Source: an uncultured Candidatus Saccharibacteria bacterium
Lineage (GTDB): Bacteria; Patescibacteriota; Minisyncoccia; Minisyncoccales; GWA2-38-27
Direction of reading: 5' to 3'
NCBI GenBank assembly: GCA_964387825.1
Contig: CAYLWZ010000002.1
Coordinates: 47,375-111,374, forward strand
Length of the DNA: 64,000 nt
Part shown: positions 47,069-56,827 of the stretch, in pieces
Position numbering within the stretch: position 1 is the stretch's first letter
How the letters are laid out: each line of letters begins with the position of its first letter
Notes under the pieces: model-generated
What the model saw: the letters and a program-made list of their open reading frames with translations, nothing else
What the model was told of the DNA's origin: nothing
Database searches by the model: none
Position numbers and translations under genes: made by a program

Positions 47069-48787
47069 TTAGGTCAATTTCTCTTCAATCTCTTCCGGTA
47101 AGAAAGGTCTAGCGTTGTATTTTAATATTTTCTTATCAACTTTAATACCGTAACAATTTAAGACCTTTTCCATTTGTCCCAAGCCGTTTGTTTCTATTAA
47201 GACAAGTTTTTTAACTCCTTTTAACGCGTTTTTCATCTGTTTTTCCGGAAATGGTTCAATAATAATCGGCTGGACCATTCTCATCCCTAACTTCTCCGCC
47301 ACCTCTTTTGCTGGTCCTTTCGTTGAACCCCAAACAATAAGCGCTTTTTTAGCTGTTTTCTTCCCGTAAACCTTAACCGCTTCTAATCTATCAACCTCTT
47401 TTCTCATTTCCTCAAATTTTCTTAGCCGCTTATTTTGCATTTCTTCTACCTTTTTTCCTTCTTCCACTGTAATTCCGAACTCGTCATGTTCATAACTGTT
47501 TGCTTTGACAATTGCATTTTTCTCCCCCGGAAAAGCAAGAGGAGAAATTCCATTTCTTGTTTTTTTGTATCTCAAATATTCACCCCCGCCTGCATTGGCT
47601 ATACCAAAGGCATTGCGGGCAGGCTTTTTGTTCCAAAGCAAAGGTTCTTCACGTTTAATTTTCTCTAAAATATTTTTATTAAAACTAAAGGTACTTTCGG
47701 AAACTTCCTTATCAAGTAATAAAATTGACGGTGTTTGGTACTTCCAAGAAAGATTTAAAATTTCTCCGGCCCAATAACAAGCCTCGTCAGCATCGCCGGG
47801 AGCGATAACAAACCTTACAATATCGCCATGCCCGGCTCCTAAAACAAAAAGTAAATCTCCCTGGCCAGTATAAGTAGGTACTCCGCTAGCAGGAGACATT
47901 CTTTGGCTTTCTACTATTACCAAAGGAGTTTCATTCTGGGCAGCCAAACTAAACCCTTCTACCATTAAAGCAAATCCTCCTCCCGAAGTTCCAACTATTG
48001 TCCTTGCTCCGGCATATGACGCCCCGATAGCCGCGTTCACCACCCCTGTCTCGTTTTCCAGTTGGGCAACGGCTATATTAAAATCTTTTTTGCGCTTGGC
48101 TAAATAATGCAAAATCCCGCTGGCCGGGGTCATCGGATAAGCAATGTAAAGATCTAAACCAGCTTTAACAGCGCCCAAAGCAACCGCTTCGTTCCCGGTT
48201 AAAAGAAGAAACTGCTTTTTCCCGCTTTTGTTCCCGCTAAAACGGACATTTAGCGGGACAATTTTAAATAAATTAGGGCTATCTTCAAAAGCGGCTTTCG
48301 CTACTTTTATATTTATTTCTTGAAATTTTTTAAATTCTTTTTTTAAAACCTCTTCTAATGTTTTCCAGTCAAAACCGATAATTTTTGCAAAAGCGGAAAC
48401 AAGAGCGATGTTCTCCATTATCGGCTTGCCGCCCACCTTTTCAACGATTGTTTTTATCGCCACCCCAATTCCTTTTCTTTTTCTAAAAGAAATCTCATCG
48501 CTATTGTAAATAATTATTCCTTTTTTGTCTAAATCGCTTTCGTGTTTTTTGATGGTGATTGCGTCCAGGGCTAAAAGAAAATCTATTTTTTCCCGATGAG
48601 ATAAAACTTCTTTTTCCGACGCCCTAATTTGAGAAAAATCATGGCCCCCTCTAATCAAGGATTGATAATCATCGTAAATAAAAATTCTATAACCAATCTG
48701 GGAAAATAATTTGGCAATTATAAGACCGGCTTTCTTGGAACCGCGGCCGGCGGCGCCTCCTATTAAAATTGAATAATCCTTAGCCAT
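47069..48787 (-). CDS. 2-oxoacid:ferredoxin oxidoreductase alpha subunit (gamma-alpha fusion) with two palindrome insertions
   Basis: GNEA, YPMTPAS, TSGGG, SYEHDE. Confidence 0.93.
   Translation of the reverse strand: MAKDYSILIGGAAGRGSKKAGLIIAKLFSQIGYRIFIYDDYQSLIRGGHDFSQIRASEKEVLSHREKIDFLLALDAITIKKHESDLDKKGIIIYNSDEISFRKRKGIGVAIKTIVEKVGGKPIMENIALVSAFAKIIGFDWKTLEEVLKKEFKKFQEINIKVAKAAFEDSPNLFKIVPLNVRFSGNKSGKKQFLLLTGNEAVALGAVKAGLDLYIAYPMTPASGILHYLAKRKKDFNIAVAQLENETGVVNAAIGASYAGARTIVGTSGGGFALMVEGFSLAAQNETPLVIVESQRMSPASGVPTYTGQGDLLFVLGAGHGDIVRFVIAPGDADEACYWAGEILNLSWKYQTPSILLLDKEVSESTFSFNKNILEKIKREEPLLWNKKPARNAFGIANAGGGEYLRYKKTRNGISPLAFPGEKNAIVKANSYEHDEFGITVEEGKKVEEMQNKRLRKFEEMRKEVDRLEAVKVYGKKTAKKALIVWGSTKGPAKEVAEKLGMRMVQPIIIEPFPEKQMKNALKGVKKLVLIETNGLGQMEKVLNCYGIKVDKKILKYNARPFLPEEIEEKLT
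47585..47623. mobile_element. Family-B element (39 bp; PARNAFGIANAGG)
   Basis: cccgcctgcattggctataccaaaggcattgcgggcagg. Confidence 0.85.
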
Positions 48788-48870
48788 TTATATATAATCG
48801 TTAATTAATGCAAAAAAGTTATATATGTTATCATAACAAAAATTTTTTCTTTAGGACAGGTTATCAACCG

Positions 48871-49563
48871 TTAAATTTCAATTATTCTTCCTGCTCCGCC
48901 TTCAATGTATTTTTGAGGATAGAGTTTTTTAAGTTCTATTTTATGCTGAGTACAATGAGTGGGACAGATTAATTCTAAATCTCTGAATAACTCAAATTCA
49001 GAAAATCCATGCAATCCCCCAACGATCCCATAAATTTTGCCGAATTGTTTTGCCGCGTCTAAAATATGCTTCATCTCTGGATGGGAACATCCAACAATTA
49101 AAACTATTCCTTTATCGGTCTCAACCCCCATACTCTGTTCAATGCCTTCCAATTCTCCGGTAGAAAATACATTTTCATGAATTTTTGTCGGTCCTTTTAT
49201 AATAACAACTTCTCTGTTTCTAAATCCATGAAATGAAGGAGGAATGTAAATTTTAACCCTTTTATTCACGTTTAGAAATTCAGAAAGCCCGCCGGTATGG
49301 TCAAAATGAGAATGGGAAATGAAAATTTCATCAATTGAAACCGGGTCAATTTTCAGTTTTTCCATATTACTAAGCAAAATTTTTCCGTTTCCCCCGGTAT
49401 CAAACAGAATCTTCGGAGTATTTTTTATTTCAACCAAGGCAGAAAAACCCCAATCGGACTTAAGGTCTTTTCTATAGGCGGTGTTGTCGTAAACAATAGT
49501 AATTTTTACTCCTCTCGCCCTGTTAGAAATTACATTTCCGTTAGGGCTTGGTGATTGCTCCAT
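48871..49563 (-). CDS. MBL-fold metallohydrolase (7,8-dihydropterin synthase-like family)
   Basis: FDTG, SHSHFDHTGG, GCSH, GGLH, HCT. Confidence 0.85.
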   Translation of the reverse strand: MEQSPSPNGNVISNRARGVKITIVYDNTAYRKDLKSDWGFSALVEIKNTPKILFDTGGNGKILLSNMEKLKIDPVSIDEIFISHSHFDHTGGLSEFLNVNKRVKIYIPPSFHGFRNREVVIIKGPTKIHENVFSTGELEGIEQSMGVETDKGIVLIVGCSHPEMKHILDAAKQFGKIYGIVGGLHGFSEFELFRDLELICPTHCTQHKIELKKLYPQKYIEGGAGRIIEI

Positions 49564-49569
49564 AATTCT

Positions 49570-49869
49570 TTAGCTCTTCCAATTTTCCTGCTCTTTAGCC
49601 AAAAAATCTTCCAATTCTTTTTTATCCATTATCGTTGTCTCTATTTTTATATCCATCTTTAATTTAGTCAATGGCTCTTTTATTAACTCTATTAACTGGT
49701 CTTTGATGGGAATATTTAGAAAAGGAAAAGCCAGAACAATAATTGCCTTATTGCCTTCAACTTTTATATCCTTAATCATCCCAAGATTCAGAAGGGTCTC
49801 ATCAATAGCAGGATGTTTTATTCCTTTTAATAATTCTTTAACGTCCTCTGATGAAGTATTGTTGATCAT
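49570..49869 (-). CDS. DUF59/SufT-like Fe-S assembly domain protein
   Basis: IKHPAI...LGMI pattern. Confidence 0.65.
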   Translation of the reverse strand: MINNTSSEDVKELLKGIKHPAIDETLLNLGMIKDIKVEGNKAIIVLAFPFLNIPIKDQLIELIKEPLTKLKMDIKIETTIMDKKELEDFLAKEQENWKS

Positions 49870-50189
49870 TTGGCTAAAGGAATTTTTTTAGTTAGTTTAA
49901 TTGCTCCCGTGGGACAAACAGATTGGCACAATCCGCAAAAACAGCATTTATTAATATCAATTCGGGGTTGCTTTTTTATAGTTCCGTCTTTTTGTCTAAC
50001 TTCAACCATTGTAATCGCTTTATTGGGACAAGCCTCGGCGCATAAGCCGCATCCCAAACATTTATCCGGAGAAAAGCCAGGAATCCCTCTATAACCGTCG
50101 GGAATAGAAAGAGATTCTTTAGGAAACCTAACCGTAAGCGGCTTTTTAAACAGGTTCAATACCAATTTTGGAATAATCCTTAATTTCAT
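49866..50189 (-). CDS. NuoI/MbhN-like 2[4Fe-4S] subunit
   Basis: GYRG, CLGCGLCAEACP, CCFCGLCQSVCP. Confidence 0.9.
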   Translation of the reverse strand: MKLRIIPKLVLNLFKKPLTVRFPKESLSIPDGYRGIPGFSPDKCLGCGLCAEACPNKAITMVEVRQKDGTIKKQPRIDINKCCFCGLCQSVCPTGAIKLTKKIPLAK

Positions 50190-50253
50190 ATTGCAAAAAT
50201 ACAGATATCTTTAGAGTTAGCTACTTTTATTTTTTTCACAAGTATTTTCTAAT

Positions 50254-51075
50254 TTATTTTTTCTCTAATCTTTCAATAATTTTTTTTACATCGTTAAAAG
50301 CTCTACTTTTATCTGGGAAATTCCTTTCTAATCCTGATTCTATTATTTTGGAATCGCATTGAACTGTGCCAATAATTTTACTTTTCAATTTCCCCAATTT
50401 ATTTATCATCTGGGATTCTATTTCTTTTGACTTAATTTTGTTTAAGGCCAACCAAAAATTTTTCATTTTCATATCACTACAAAAATCATTTACTCTTTTA
50501 GCAATTGAAATAGACTCAAGGGTAGGGTCGAGAATAAGCAAAACGATATCCACGTTTTCTGATATTCTCCTTCCAAAATGTTCAACTCCGGCCTTGGCGT
50601 CAATAAGATTTACGTAATCTCCTTTTACTATAAAATCCCTAACTACTTTTTCTACTGGTCCATCGCAACCTTGACCATATTTTTTAATCTTCCCTGCCTG
50701 AAATAAAATTATTCGTTTCCTTTTAACAAAATATTTATCTGGAATCTCTTTAAAAATATCTATCTTTTTTTCAGGCACGGGGATAGAATCGTTCAATCTA
50801 GTAAGCGGAGAGGGATCGTCTACGGGACAGGTAACCACCTTAGTTCCACCAAAAAAATCTATCAAGGCTTTTGGAAAGTCCTTTTCTTTTTTTAATCCGA
50901 GCATCAATCCGGAGAGTCCCCGAGGATTAGAGGCATCACCGTCTAAGGCAAGAACCTTGTATCCTTTTTCCTTTAATACATTTGAGATTAAAGTAACCAG
51001 AGTACTTTTTCCGCTTCCTCCTTTTCCAGAAATTAATATTCTCATTCCTTTTAGTTTTTTGTTTGTTTTTGGCAT
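50254..51075 (-). CDS. CooC-like P-loop ATPase
   Basis: GKGGSGKS, DGD, AGVEHFGR. Confidence 0.8.
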   Translation of the reverse strand: MPKTNKKLKGMRILISGKGGSGKSTLVTLISNVLKEKGYKVLALDGDASNPRGLSGLMLGLKKEKDFPKALIDFFGGTKVVTCPVDDPSPLTRLNDSIPVPEKKIDIFKEIPDKYFVKRKRIILFQAGKIKKYGQGCDGPVEKVVRDFIVKGDYVNLIDAKAGVEHFGRRISENVDIVLLILDPTLESISIAKRVNDFCSDMKMKNFWLALNKIKSKEIESQMINKLGKLKSKIIGTVQCDSKIIESGLERNFPDKSRAFNDVKKIIERLEKK

Positions 51076-51094
51076 TTTAACGTTTTGACAATTT

Positions 51095-51655
51095 TTATTT
51101 TAATATTATTCCTTTTCTTTCTTCCTTATTGTATTCCTCTACTATCTCGTTTACATTTTCCTTGATTATTCCAATTGCATCTTTGATTAAAGGTTCCCTT
51201 ATAATTACGGGAACAAATTTAGTTTTCATCCGAACAATATTTGGACCAATCATTTTTCCTATAATTACATTAACATTTTTCAGGACAGATGAAACTGCTT
51301 TTGCTTTTTCAGGATCTCCATGGATCCTAGATTCGTCTTCTTTATACTTAGTGTTTTCTCTTTTCTCTTGAAAAACTAAGTTTCCATTTGAGTATTCCCA
51401 TATTGAATAATATTTAGACATTCCGACATGGTCGTCTGGCTTTATTCTTTTACCATCGTCGGTTCCGATAGCAAATATTAATTTTTGCCCGATATCTTTT
51501 ATCGCGTCCTGGGGACAACCTTTTATAGCATTTCTTAAGCAGTCAGCTTTTTTGTCTTTTATTCTCGCCATCCCGTTTACTAGTTCTATCCCCTCCGGAC
51601 ATATTCTTGCGCAGATCCCGCATCCTATACATTTATTTTTACTTATATTTATCAT
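51095..51655 (-). CDS. Ferredoxin fused to a NifB/NifX-like domain
   Basis: CIGCGICARICP; HVG...IGPN. Confidence 0.75.
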   Translation of the reverse strand: MINISKNKCIGCGICARICPEGIELVNGMARIKDKKADCLRNAIKGCPQDAIKDIGQKLIFAIGTDDGKRIKPDDHVGMSKYYSIWEYSNGNLVFQEKRENTKYKEDESRIHGDPEKAKAVSSVLKNVNVIIGKMIGPNIVRMKTKFVPVIIREPLIKDAIGIIKENVNEIVEEYNKEERKGIILK

Positions 51656-51679
51656 TTTTTTTATTTAGTTGAATAATGG

Positions 51680-52789
51680 TTATCTATCCATATCCGCAGG
51701 ACAACCGTTTAAGCTCCAATAAATTACGGGTATATCCGCTACTTCCGCTCCCTTCAACAAAAATTCCAAGACCGGAATTAAATGCAGAAAAGAAGGGCCT
51801 TTAATTTTAACCCGTTCAGGATTGATCCCTCCATTGCCCCTTACATATATAGCTCCCTCTCCCCGGGCTATTTCATTTCTAACATATGCTTCTTTTTCCG
51901 GCAGGGCAAAAGGCGTTCCGACTCTCATTTTTTCATTAAGATAGAAGCCCAAAGGAATTTTATCTAATAGTTGCTTGATAATTTTAACACTTTCTTTTAT
52001 TTCTAACAATCCAATTTTAAATCTTGAATAAGAATCGCCTTCTTTTAAGACAGGCGCGTCAAAATCTACTTCTTTGTATATTTCATAAGGTTCGTTCTTT
52101 CTTATGTCCTGTAAAAATCCGCTGGCCCTTAAAACAGGACCGCTGGCCCCCAGCCTGACAGCCTCTTCCGATTTTAGAACCCCTATTCCTTTGGTTCTTG
52201 AAGCAAAAACAGGATCTTCTTTTTTAAAATAAGAAGTTGCCTCTATTATTTTGCCTAAAACTTTTAAAATTTTGTTTTCAATGCCTTCAGGCAGGTCCTT
52301 TCTCAAACCGCCGGGACAAATATAACCGGCTGGATATACTCTCCCCCCGGTAACAGCGGAAAAAATATCTAAAATATAATCTCTATAGCCAAAAGCTGTT
52401 TTAAAACCGGTGTCAAATCCGGTAGCAGAAGAAAGAGCTCCGAACCAAATAAGATGGGACTGAATCCGAGACAATTCGGCTAAAATTACTCTAACATATT
52501 TTGCTCTTTCCGGAACTTCAATATCGGCTAATTTTTCCACTGCTTCCGCAAAAAGCAAATTCCAAGCCAATGGCTCAAAAACGCAAATCCTGTCTGATAA
52601 AACCGCGTTCTGCCAAACATTTCTGTATTCCATTAATTTTTCAAATCCCCTGTGCAAGTATCCCGGGTCCGCTTTCGCTTCAACGACTTTTTCCCCGTCT
52701 AATTTTATCCTCACTGAAAAATTACCCGATCCAGGATGAGCCGGCCCGAATAAAAATTCCTGATATTGTCCTTTATTTTCTTCTTTCAT
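51680..52789 (-). CDS. NuoD/MbxL-like large subunit without NiFe CxxC pairs
   Basis: GPAHP, GYLHRGFEK, RICVFE, GCPADMDR. Confidence 0.88.
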   Translation of the reverse strand: MKEENKGQYQEFLFGPAHPGSGNFSVRIKLDGEKVVEAKADPGYLHRGFEKLMEYRNVWQNAVLSDRICVFEPLAWNLLFAEAVEKLADIEVPERAKYVRVILAELSRIQSHLIWFGALSSATGFDTGFKTAFGYRDYILDIFSAVTGGRVYPAGYICPGGLRKDLPEGIENKILKVLGKIIEATSYFKKEDPVFASRTKGIGVLKSEEAVRLGASGPVLRASGFLQDIRKNEPYEIYKEVDFDAPVLKEGDSYSRFKIGLLEIKESVKIIKQLLDKIPLGFYLNEKMRVGTPFALPEKEAYVRNEIARGEGAIYVRGNGGINPERVKIKGPSFLHLIPVLEFLLKGAEVADIPVIYWSLNGCPADMDR

Positions 52790-52833
52790 TTTTGTCAATT
52801 TAATCCCGCTGAAAGCAGGAGAAAATTGAAAAT

Positions 52834-53322
52834 TTAGATAAAGTATCCTTCTTCATTTTCTTTTTCTCTGTTATAAAATTTTTCTCTTACATGCGCTCGC
52901 CAGTCAAAATCCTTTAAAAACGGAGCCGGTCCCGGCCAATCTTCTAAAAATAATTCTGATAAATCCGAATTTCCTAAAAAATTCACCCCAAAAAGTTCGT
53001 GTATTTCTCTCTCATGAATTTGAGAAGAATCATATGTCTTTGAAACCGAGCCGATTTCCGGATTAATTCTGGCAATTTCTATTTTGATATTTAAACCCAT
53101 TTTCTTTTCTTCGCTCCAAATATGATAGATAAGTTCAATGACATTTTTTTCCAAAATATCAACCGCCGTTAAAAAGGAAAAGAAATTAAAACCCTCGCCT
53201 TTTAAAAAATCGCAGACATTTGGCAAATTATTCCGGCTGACCCTAAGCCAAATTTGGTTTTTCTCTTTTTTCAAAACTTCTGTCTCAAATTTTGATTTTA
53301 GAATTGAAATTAAATCACTCAT
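52834..53322 (-). CDS. NuoC/MbhK-like subunit
   Basis: HEREIHELFG. Confidence 0.85.
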   Translation of the reverse strand: MSDLISILKSKFETEVLKKEKNQIWLRVSRNNLPNVCDFLKGEGFNFFSFLTAVDILEKNVIELIYHIWSEEKKMGLNIKIEIARINPEIGSVSKTYDSSQIHEREIHELFGVNFLGNSDLSELFLEDWPGPAPFLKDFDWRAHVREKFYNREKENEEGYFI

Positions 53323-53731
53323 ATCTCTTTATTAACTTACTAATTCCGTCAAAAATTGCTTCCGGCCTCGGAGGACAACCGGGAATATATAAATCTACAG
53401 GTAAATAATCTCCCAATCTTTTTATAGTGTTATATGAATCCCAATACATCCCTCCGCTTACCGGGCAGGACCCCAAGGCAATGACAATTTTTGGAGAAGG
53501 CATCTGTTCGTAAATCATTTTCGCTCTTTTAATTGACTTCATTGTCTGATAACCGGCAATAATCAGGCAATCGGCCTGCCTGGGGCTGGAAACCGGAATC
53601 AAGCCAAACCTTTCCATATCCCACCTGCTTCCCACTACCGGCAAAATCTCCATAAAGCCGCAGGAATTAAACCAATTAAAAACCCAGATAGATTTTGCTA
53701 CTTTTTTTAATTTTCTTTTTGATTCAGGCAT
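53315..53731 (-). CDS. NuoB/MbhJ-like small subunit
   Basis: SPRQAD, GSC, GG, PGCPPRPE. Confidence 0.9.
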   Translation of the reverse strand: MPESKRKLKKVAKSIWVFNWFNSCGFMEILPVVGSRWDMERFGLIPVSSPRQADCLIIAGYQTMKSIKRAKMIYEQMPSPKIVIALGSCPVSGGMYWDSYNTIKRLGDYLPVDLYIPGCPPRPEAIFDGISKLIKRYE

Positions 53732-53733
53732 AA

Positions 53734-54702
53734 TTAAAAATTTAAAACCGTGTCTATCCACACTGTTAAAAATCCGATGATAGACAATAAAGTAAGTCCC
53801 CCCCAGTAAGCTCTGGTTAAACGGCTGATTTTGAACCTTGAAGTAACTGTTCTAATTAAAGTTAAGCCGATAAATATTATTAAAAACAGCTTTAGAAGAT
53901 AAATAGAAAGCATTGCGGCAAAATTTGCTTGGATATTCCAAGGAAAGAAAAGAACAATAAACAAAGAAGCGATTGCAACCGCTTTTACCGCTTCGGCCAC
54001 ATAAAACATTGCCAAATTTCTCCCGGAATATTCCGCTAATGCTCCGCCGGCAATTTCCGAACCAGCCGCCTCAACATCAAAAGGAGTTTGGGATAATTCG
54101 CCGGCGATGATAATAAAAATAACTATTGTTTCTATTGAAAGCCCGATAATCCCGATTGGTCCAACCAAATTCCAGATATTATGGCTATAGATTGTATTCA
54201 AAGAGAAAATATTTGGAAACCCATTTTTGTAAATCAGCCAGACAGGAGCAAGACTGACGACGGCCAAAGGAAATTCGTAGCCCAGCATATTGATAATCAT
54301 TCTTTGACCGCCAAGGTTGGCATAGGGAGAATTAGAAGAAAATGCTCCTAAAACTAAACTCAAACCCGGAAATATAAACAGATAAATTACTAAAATGAGG
54401 TCTCCGGAATTTCCTAAAACAGATTTCCCGGCAATAGGAATATAAAACAAAATCAAAATAGAAACTGTCAAAGAAATCAAAGGCGACAGTTCAAAAATCC
54501 ATTTCAAGGAATGTTTCGGGATTATACTCTCTTTAACTATCAGTTTCTTTAAATCATAAAACGGCTGCAAAATAGGAGGTCCAACCCTTTTCTGCATTTT
54601 AGCGCTTAAAATTCTGTCAATTCCTTTAAAGAGCAAACCTAAAATCACGCTTCCAAAAATTATCGCAAGAGTCATTAAAAATTTTAAAATCAGGTTGGGC
54701 AT
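53734..54702 (-). CDS. NuoH/MbhM-like membrane subunit
   Basis: RVGPP, QPFYD, PFD, EYSG. Confidence 0.9.
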   Translation of the reverse strand: MPNLILKFLMTLAIIFGSVILGLLFKGIDRILSAKMQKRVGPPILQPFYDLKKLIVKESIIPKHSLKWIFELSPLISLTVSILILFYIPIAGKSVLGNSGDLILVIYLFIFPGLSLVLGAFSSNSPYANLGGQRMIINMLGYEFPLAVVSLAPVWLIYKNGFPNIFSLNTIYSHNIWNLVGPIGIIGLSIETIVIFIIIAGELSQTPFDVEAAGSEIAGGALAEYSGRNLAMFYVAEAVKAVAIASLFIVLFFPWNIQANFAAMLSIYLLKLFLIIFIGLTLIRTVTSRFKISRLTRAYWGGLTLLSIIGFLTVWIDTVLNF

Positions 54703-54995
54703 ATCACTAAAAGAAAGATAATTAAACCGAAAATAAACAGAAAAATATAGTCGTTAGCGTTTTCTTTTTTGGTCTTTTGCAAGAAATTATACAGTTTCTC
54801 AAAATCTTTAAAAAATCCCCAATAGATATTTTCCAGTTTAACGTCTTTAGGAGGCTCTTCTCCGGAAAAATAAGAAACTGTTTGGGACGTTCCTTTATGG
54901 TATCTCTTTTCTCCAAGCAAATAAAAAAGGTAAACTACAAAAAGGATAAAAAAGAAAAAAATTAGAGCGATTTTTGGCTGCCAAATTATATGCAT
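54690..54995 (-). CDS. MbhI-like small membrane subunit
   Basis: YFSGEE, IYWGF; operon position. Confidence 0.65.
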   Translation of the reverse strand: MHIIWQPKIALIFFFFILFVVYLFYLLGEKRYHKGTSQTVSYFSGEEPPKDVKLENIYWGFFKDFEKLYNFLQKTKKENANDYIFLFIFGLIIFLLVICPT

Positions 54996-55002
54996 TGTAA
55001 GT

Positions 55003-56511
55003 TTAATGGATTACGTTATTGATATAAACTTGTTGATTGATTAGCGCTTTTGCCGCCGGATTGACAAAAGAATCTACAAATTGTTTTGGGAAAAGGCCTA
55101 TCAAAATCATCAAGACCGCAAATATTGAAACGATAGCAACCGCCAATTTAGGAACCGGCTGGCAGTTTTCGGACTGTTTTCCAAGAAATATTGAGGCGAA
55201 AACTTTAACCAAAACCGCCAAAATCAAAATGCTTCCCAGGATTCCGACAACTGCCAAAGCAGGATTTAAACGGAAAACTGATTCGTAAATCATTATTTTT
55301 GAAGCAAAACCATTCAACGGCGGCATCCCGGACACGGCTAAAATTCCTAAAAGAAAAAACCCTGATAATAATGGCTCCTTATGGGCAAGTCCCCGAATTT
55401 TAAAAACATCTCTGGTTTTGCTAAGATAAACAATAACGCCGGCGATTAAAAACAGCAGGCCTATGTCCAAAACATCATTTATCATATGGAATAATCCTCC
55501 TTGGATTGCTTTAAATCCAAAATCAGTATTTGAGCTCGCCATACCGGAAGAAATCCCTAAAACTACATAACCTAATTCGGAAATAGCTAAATAGGCCAAA
55601 ATTCTTTTAAGATTATTTTCTTTTAGTGCCAGGAAAACTCCGACAAAAATTGAAAGGACTGAAAACAAAATTAGAATCCACCCTAAACTAATATTTGCGC
55701 CGAAAACATCAAAGGCGATTCTGAACAGAACATAGACAGCAGACAAGGAAGAAATTATAGACAAAATAATCACCGATATAGGAGATGCCTTATATGCTTC
55801 CGGCTTCCAAAAATAAAAAGGAAAAACTCCTACTTTTAACAACAAGCTGGAAGCGATGAAAGATAAGGCAACTTTGTCTATAAAAGAGAACTGAAGATTG
55901 TTGGCGATAATAGCCATATTCAAAAATCCGTATTCGCTATAAAGAAGCCCTACCCCAAACAGCAAGAACAGAGAACCGACGGCGAAAACAGCTAAATAAT
56001 GAAAGGCTGCTTTAAAACACTCTCTATCTCTGAAAAAAGCAATCAAACCGGCAGTAGCAATGGAACTTATTTCATAAAACACAAAAAGGGTGAAAAAATC
56101 TCCGGTAAATAAAAAGCCTAAAATTCCCGCCATAAGCAAGAAATAAAGAGCGTAAAATTTGTCCAAAGAGAAAGAGGGACTTAAAATTTTCCGGGAGTAA
56201 AGAAGAACTAAAGAGGCGATAAAAATGAAAACCAGAGCTAAAAATCCCGACAAAGCGTCTGCTGTCAAAATAATTCTTACGGGAAATCCCTGAGGCGAAG
56301 TCATTGAAGGAAATTCAGCTCCTACGCTATAAACAAATGTTCCTCCTCTGAAAATTGAACTATAAAGAAGAAAAGAAAAAACATTGACTGACGCCAAAAC
56401 CAAAAAAACCCAAAAATCTCTTATCTTTTTACTTAACTTGCTCAACAGAGGCAATAAAAATGCGCCTAACAAGGGAATAGCTATTATCAAAATAATAAAA
56501 TGAGAAGACAT
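55003..56511 (-). CDS. MrpD/MbhH-like antiporter subunit
   Basis: FVFYEI, LKRILAY, GMPPLNGFASK. Confidence 0.92.
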   Translation of the reverse strand: MSSHFIILIIAIPLLGAFLLPLLSKLSKKIRDFWVFLVLASVNVFSFLLYSSIFRGGTFVYSVGAEFPSMTSPQGFPVRIILTADALSGFLALVFIFIASLVLLYSRKILSPSFSLDKFYALYFLLMAGILGFLFTGDFFTLFVFYEISSIATAGLIAFFRDRECFKAAFHYLAVFAVGSLFLLFGVGLLYSEYGFLNMAIIANNLQFSFIDKVALSFIASSLLLKVGVFPFYFWKPEAYKASPISVIILSIISSLSAVYVLFRIAFDVFGANISLGWILILFSVLSIFVGVFLALKENNLKRILAYLAISELGYVVLGISSGMASSNTDFGFKAIQGGLFHMINDVLDIGLLFLIAGVIVYLSKTRDVFKIRGLAHKEPLLSGFFLLGILAVSGMPPLNGFASKIMIYESVFRLNPALAVVGILGSILILAVLVKVFASIFLGKQSENCQPVPKLAVAIVSIFAVLMILIGLFPKQFVDSFVNPAAKALINQQVYINNVIH

Positions 56512-56512
56512 A

Positions 56513-56827
56513 TTATTTAGAATTTTCGGATGATTTATAAATCAAAATTGCCAGAGAAAGCAAAAAGGCGGTTATGGCTAAATTAATAACAATACTGGTA
56601 AGTATCAACGCTTGCGGAGTTGGAGAAACCATATTTAAATTTGGGGCATTGGTAAAAATCGGAGCTATCCCTCCTTGCCTGTATCCCAAACCTATTAAAA
56701 ACAAATTTACTCCGTTGCCGATAATGTTAACAGCCATGGCTATTTTAATTAAATTCTTTCTGAATATCGCCCCGAAGATTCCTATTATTACTAAAAAAAT
56801 TGTAGTTAGAAAAACAAAACTAATCAT
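56513..56827 (-). CDS. MrpC/MbhG-like subunit
   Basis: PQALILTSIVI. Confidence 0.88.
   Translation of the reverse strand: MISFVFLTTIFLVIIGIFGAIFRKNLIKIAMAVNIIGNGVNLFLIGLGYRQGGIAPIFTNAPNLNMVSPTPQALILTSIVINLAITAFLLSLAILIYKSSENSK

Noticed and set aside
51680-52789. Bona fide [NiFe] hydrogenase or complex I
   Set aside because: Both CxxC motifs are reduced to one Cys, no hyp genes are in the window, and the operon is Mrp/Mbh-like rather than nuo
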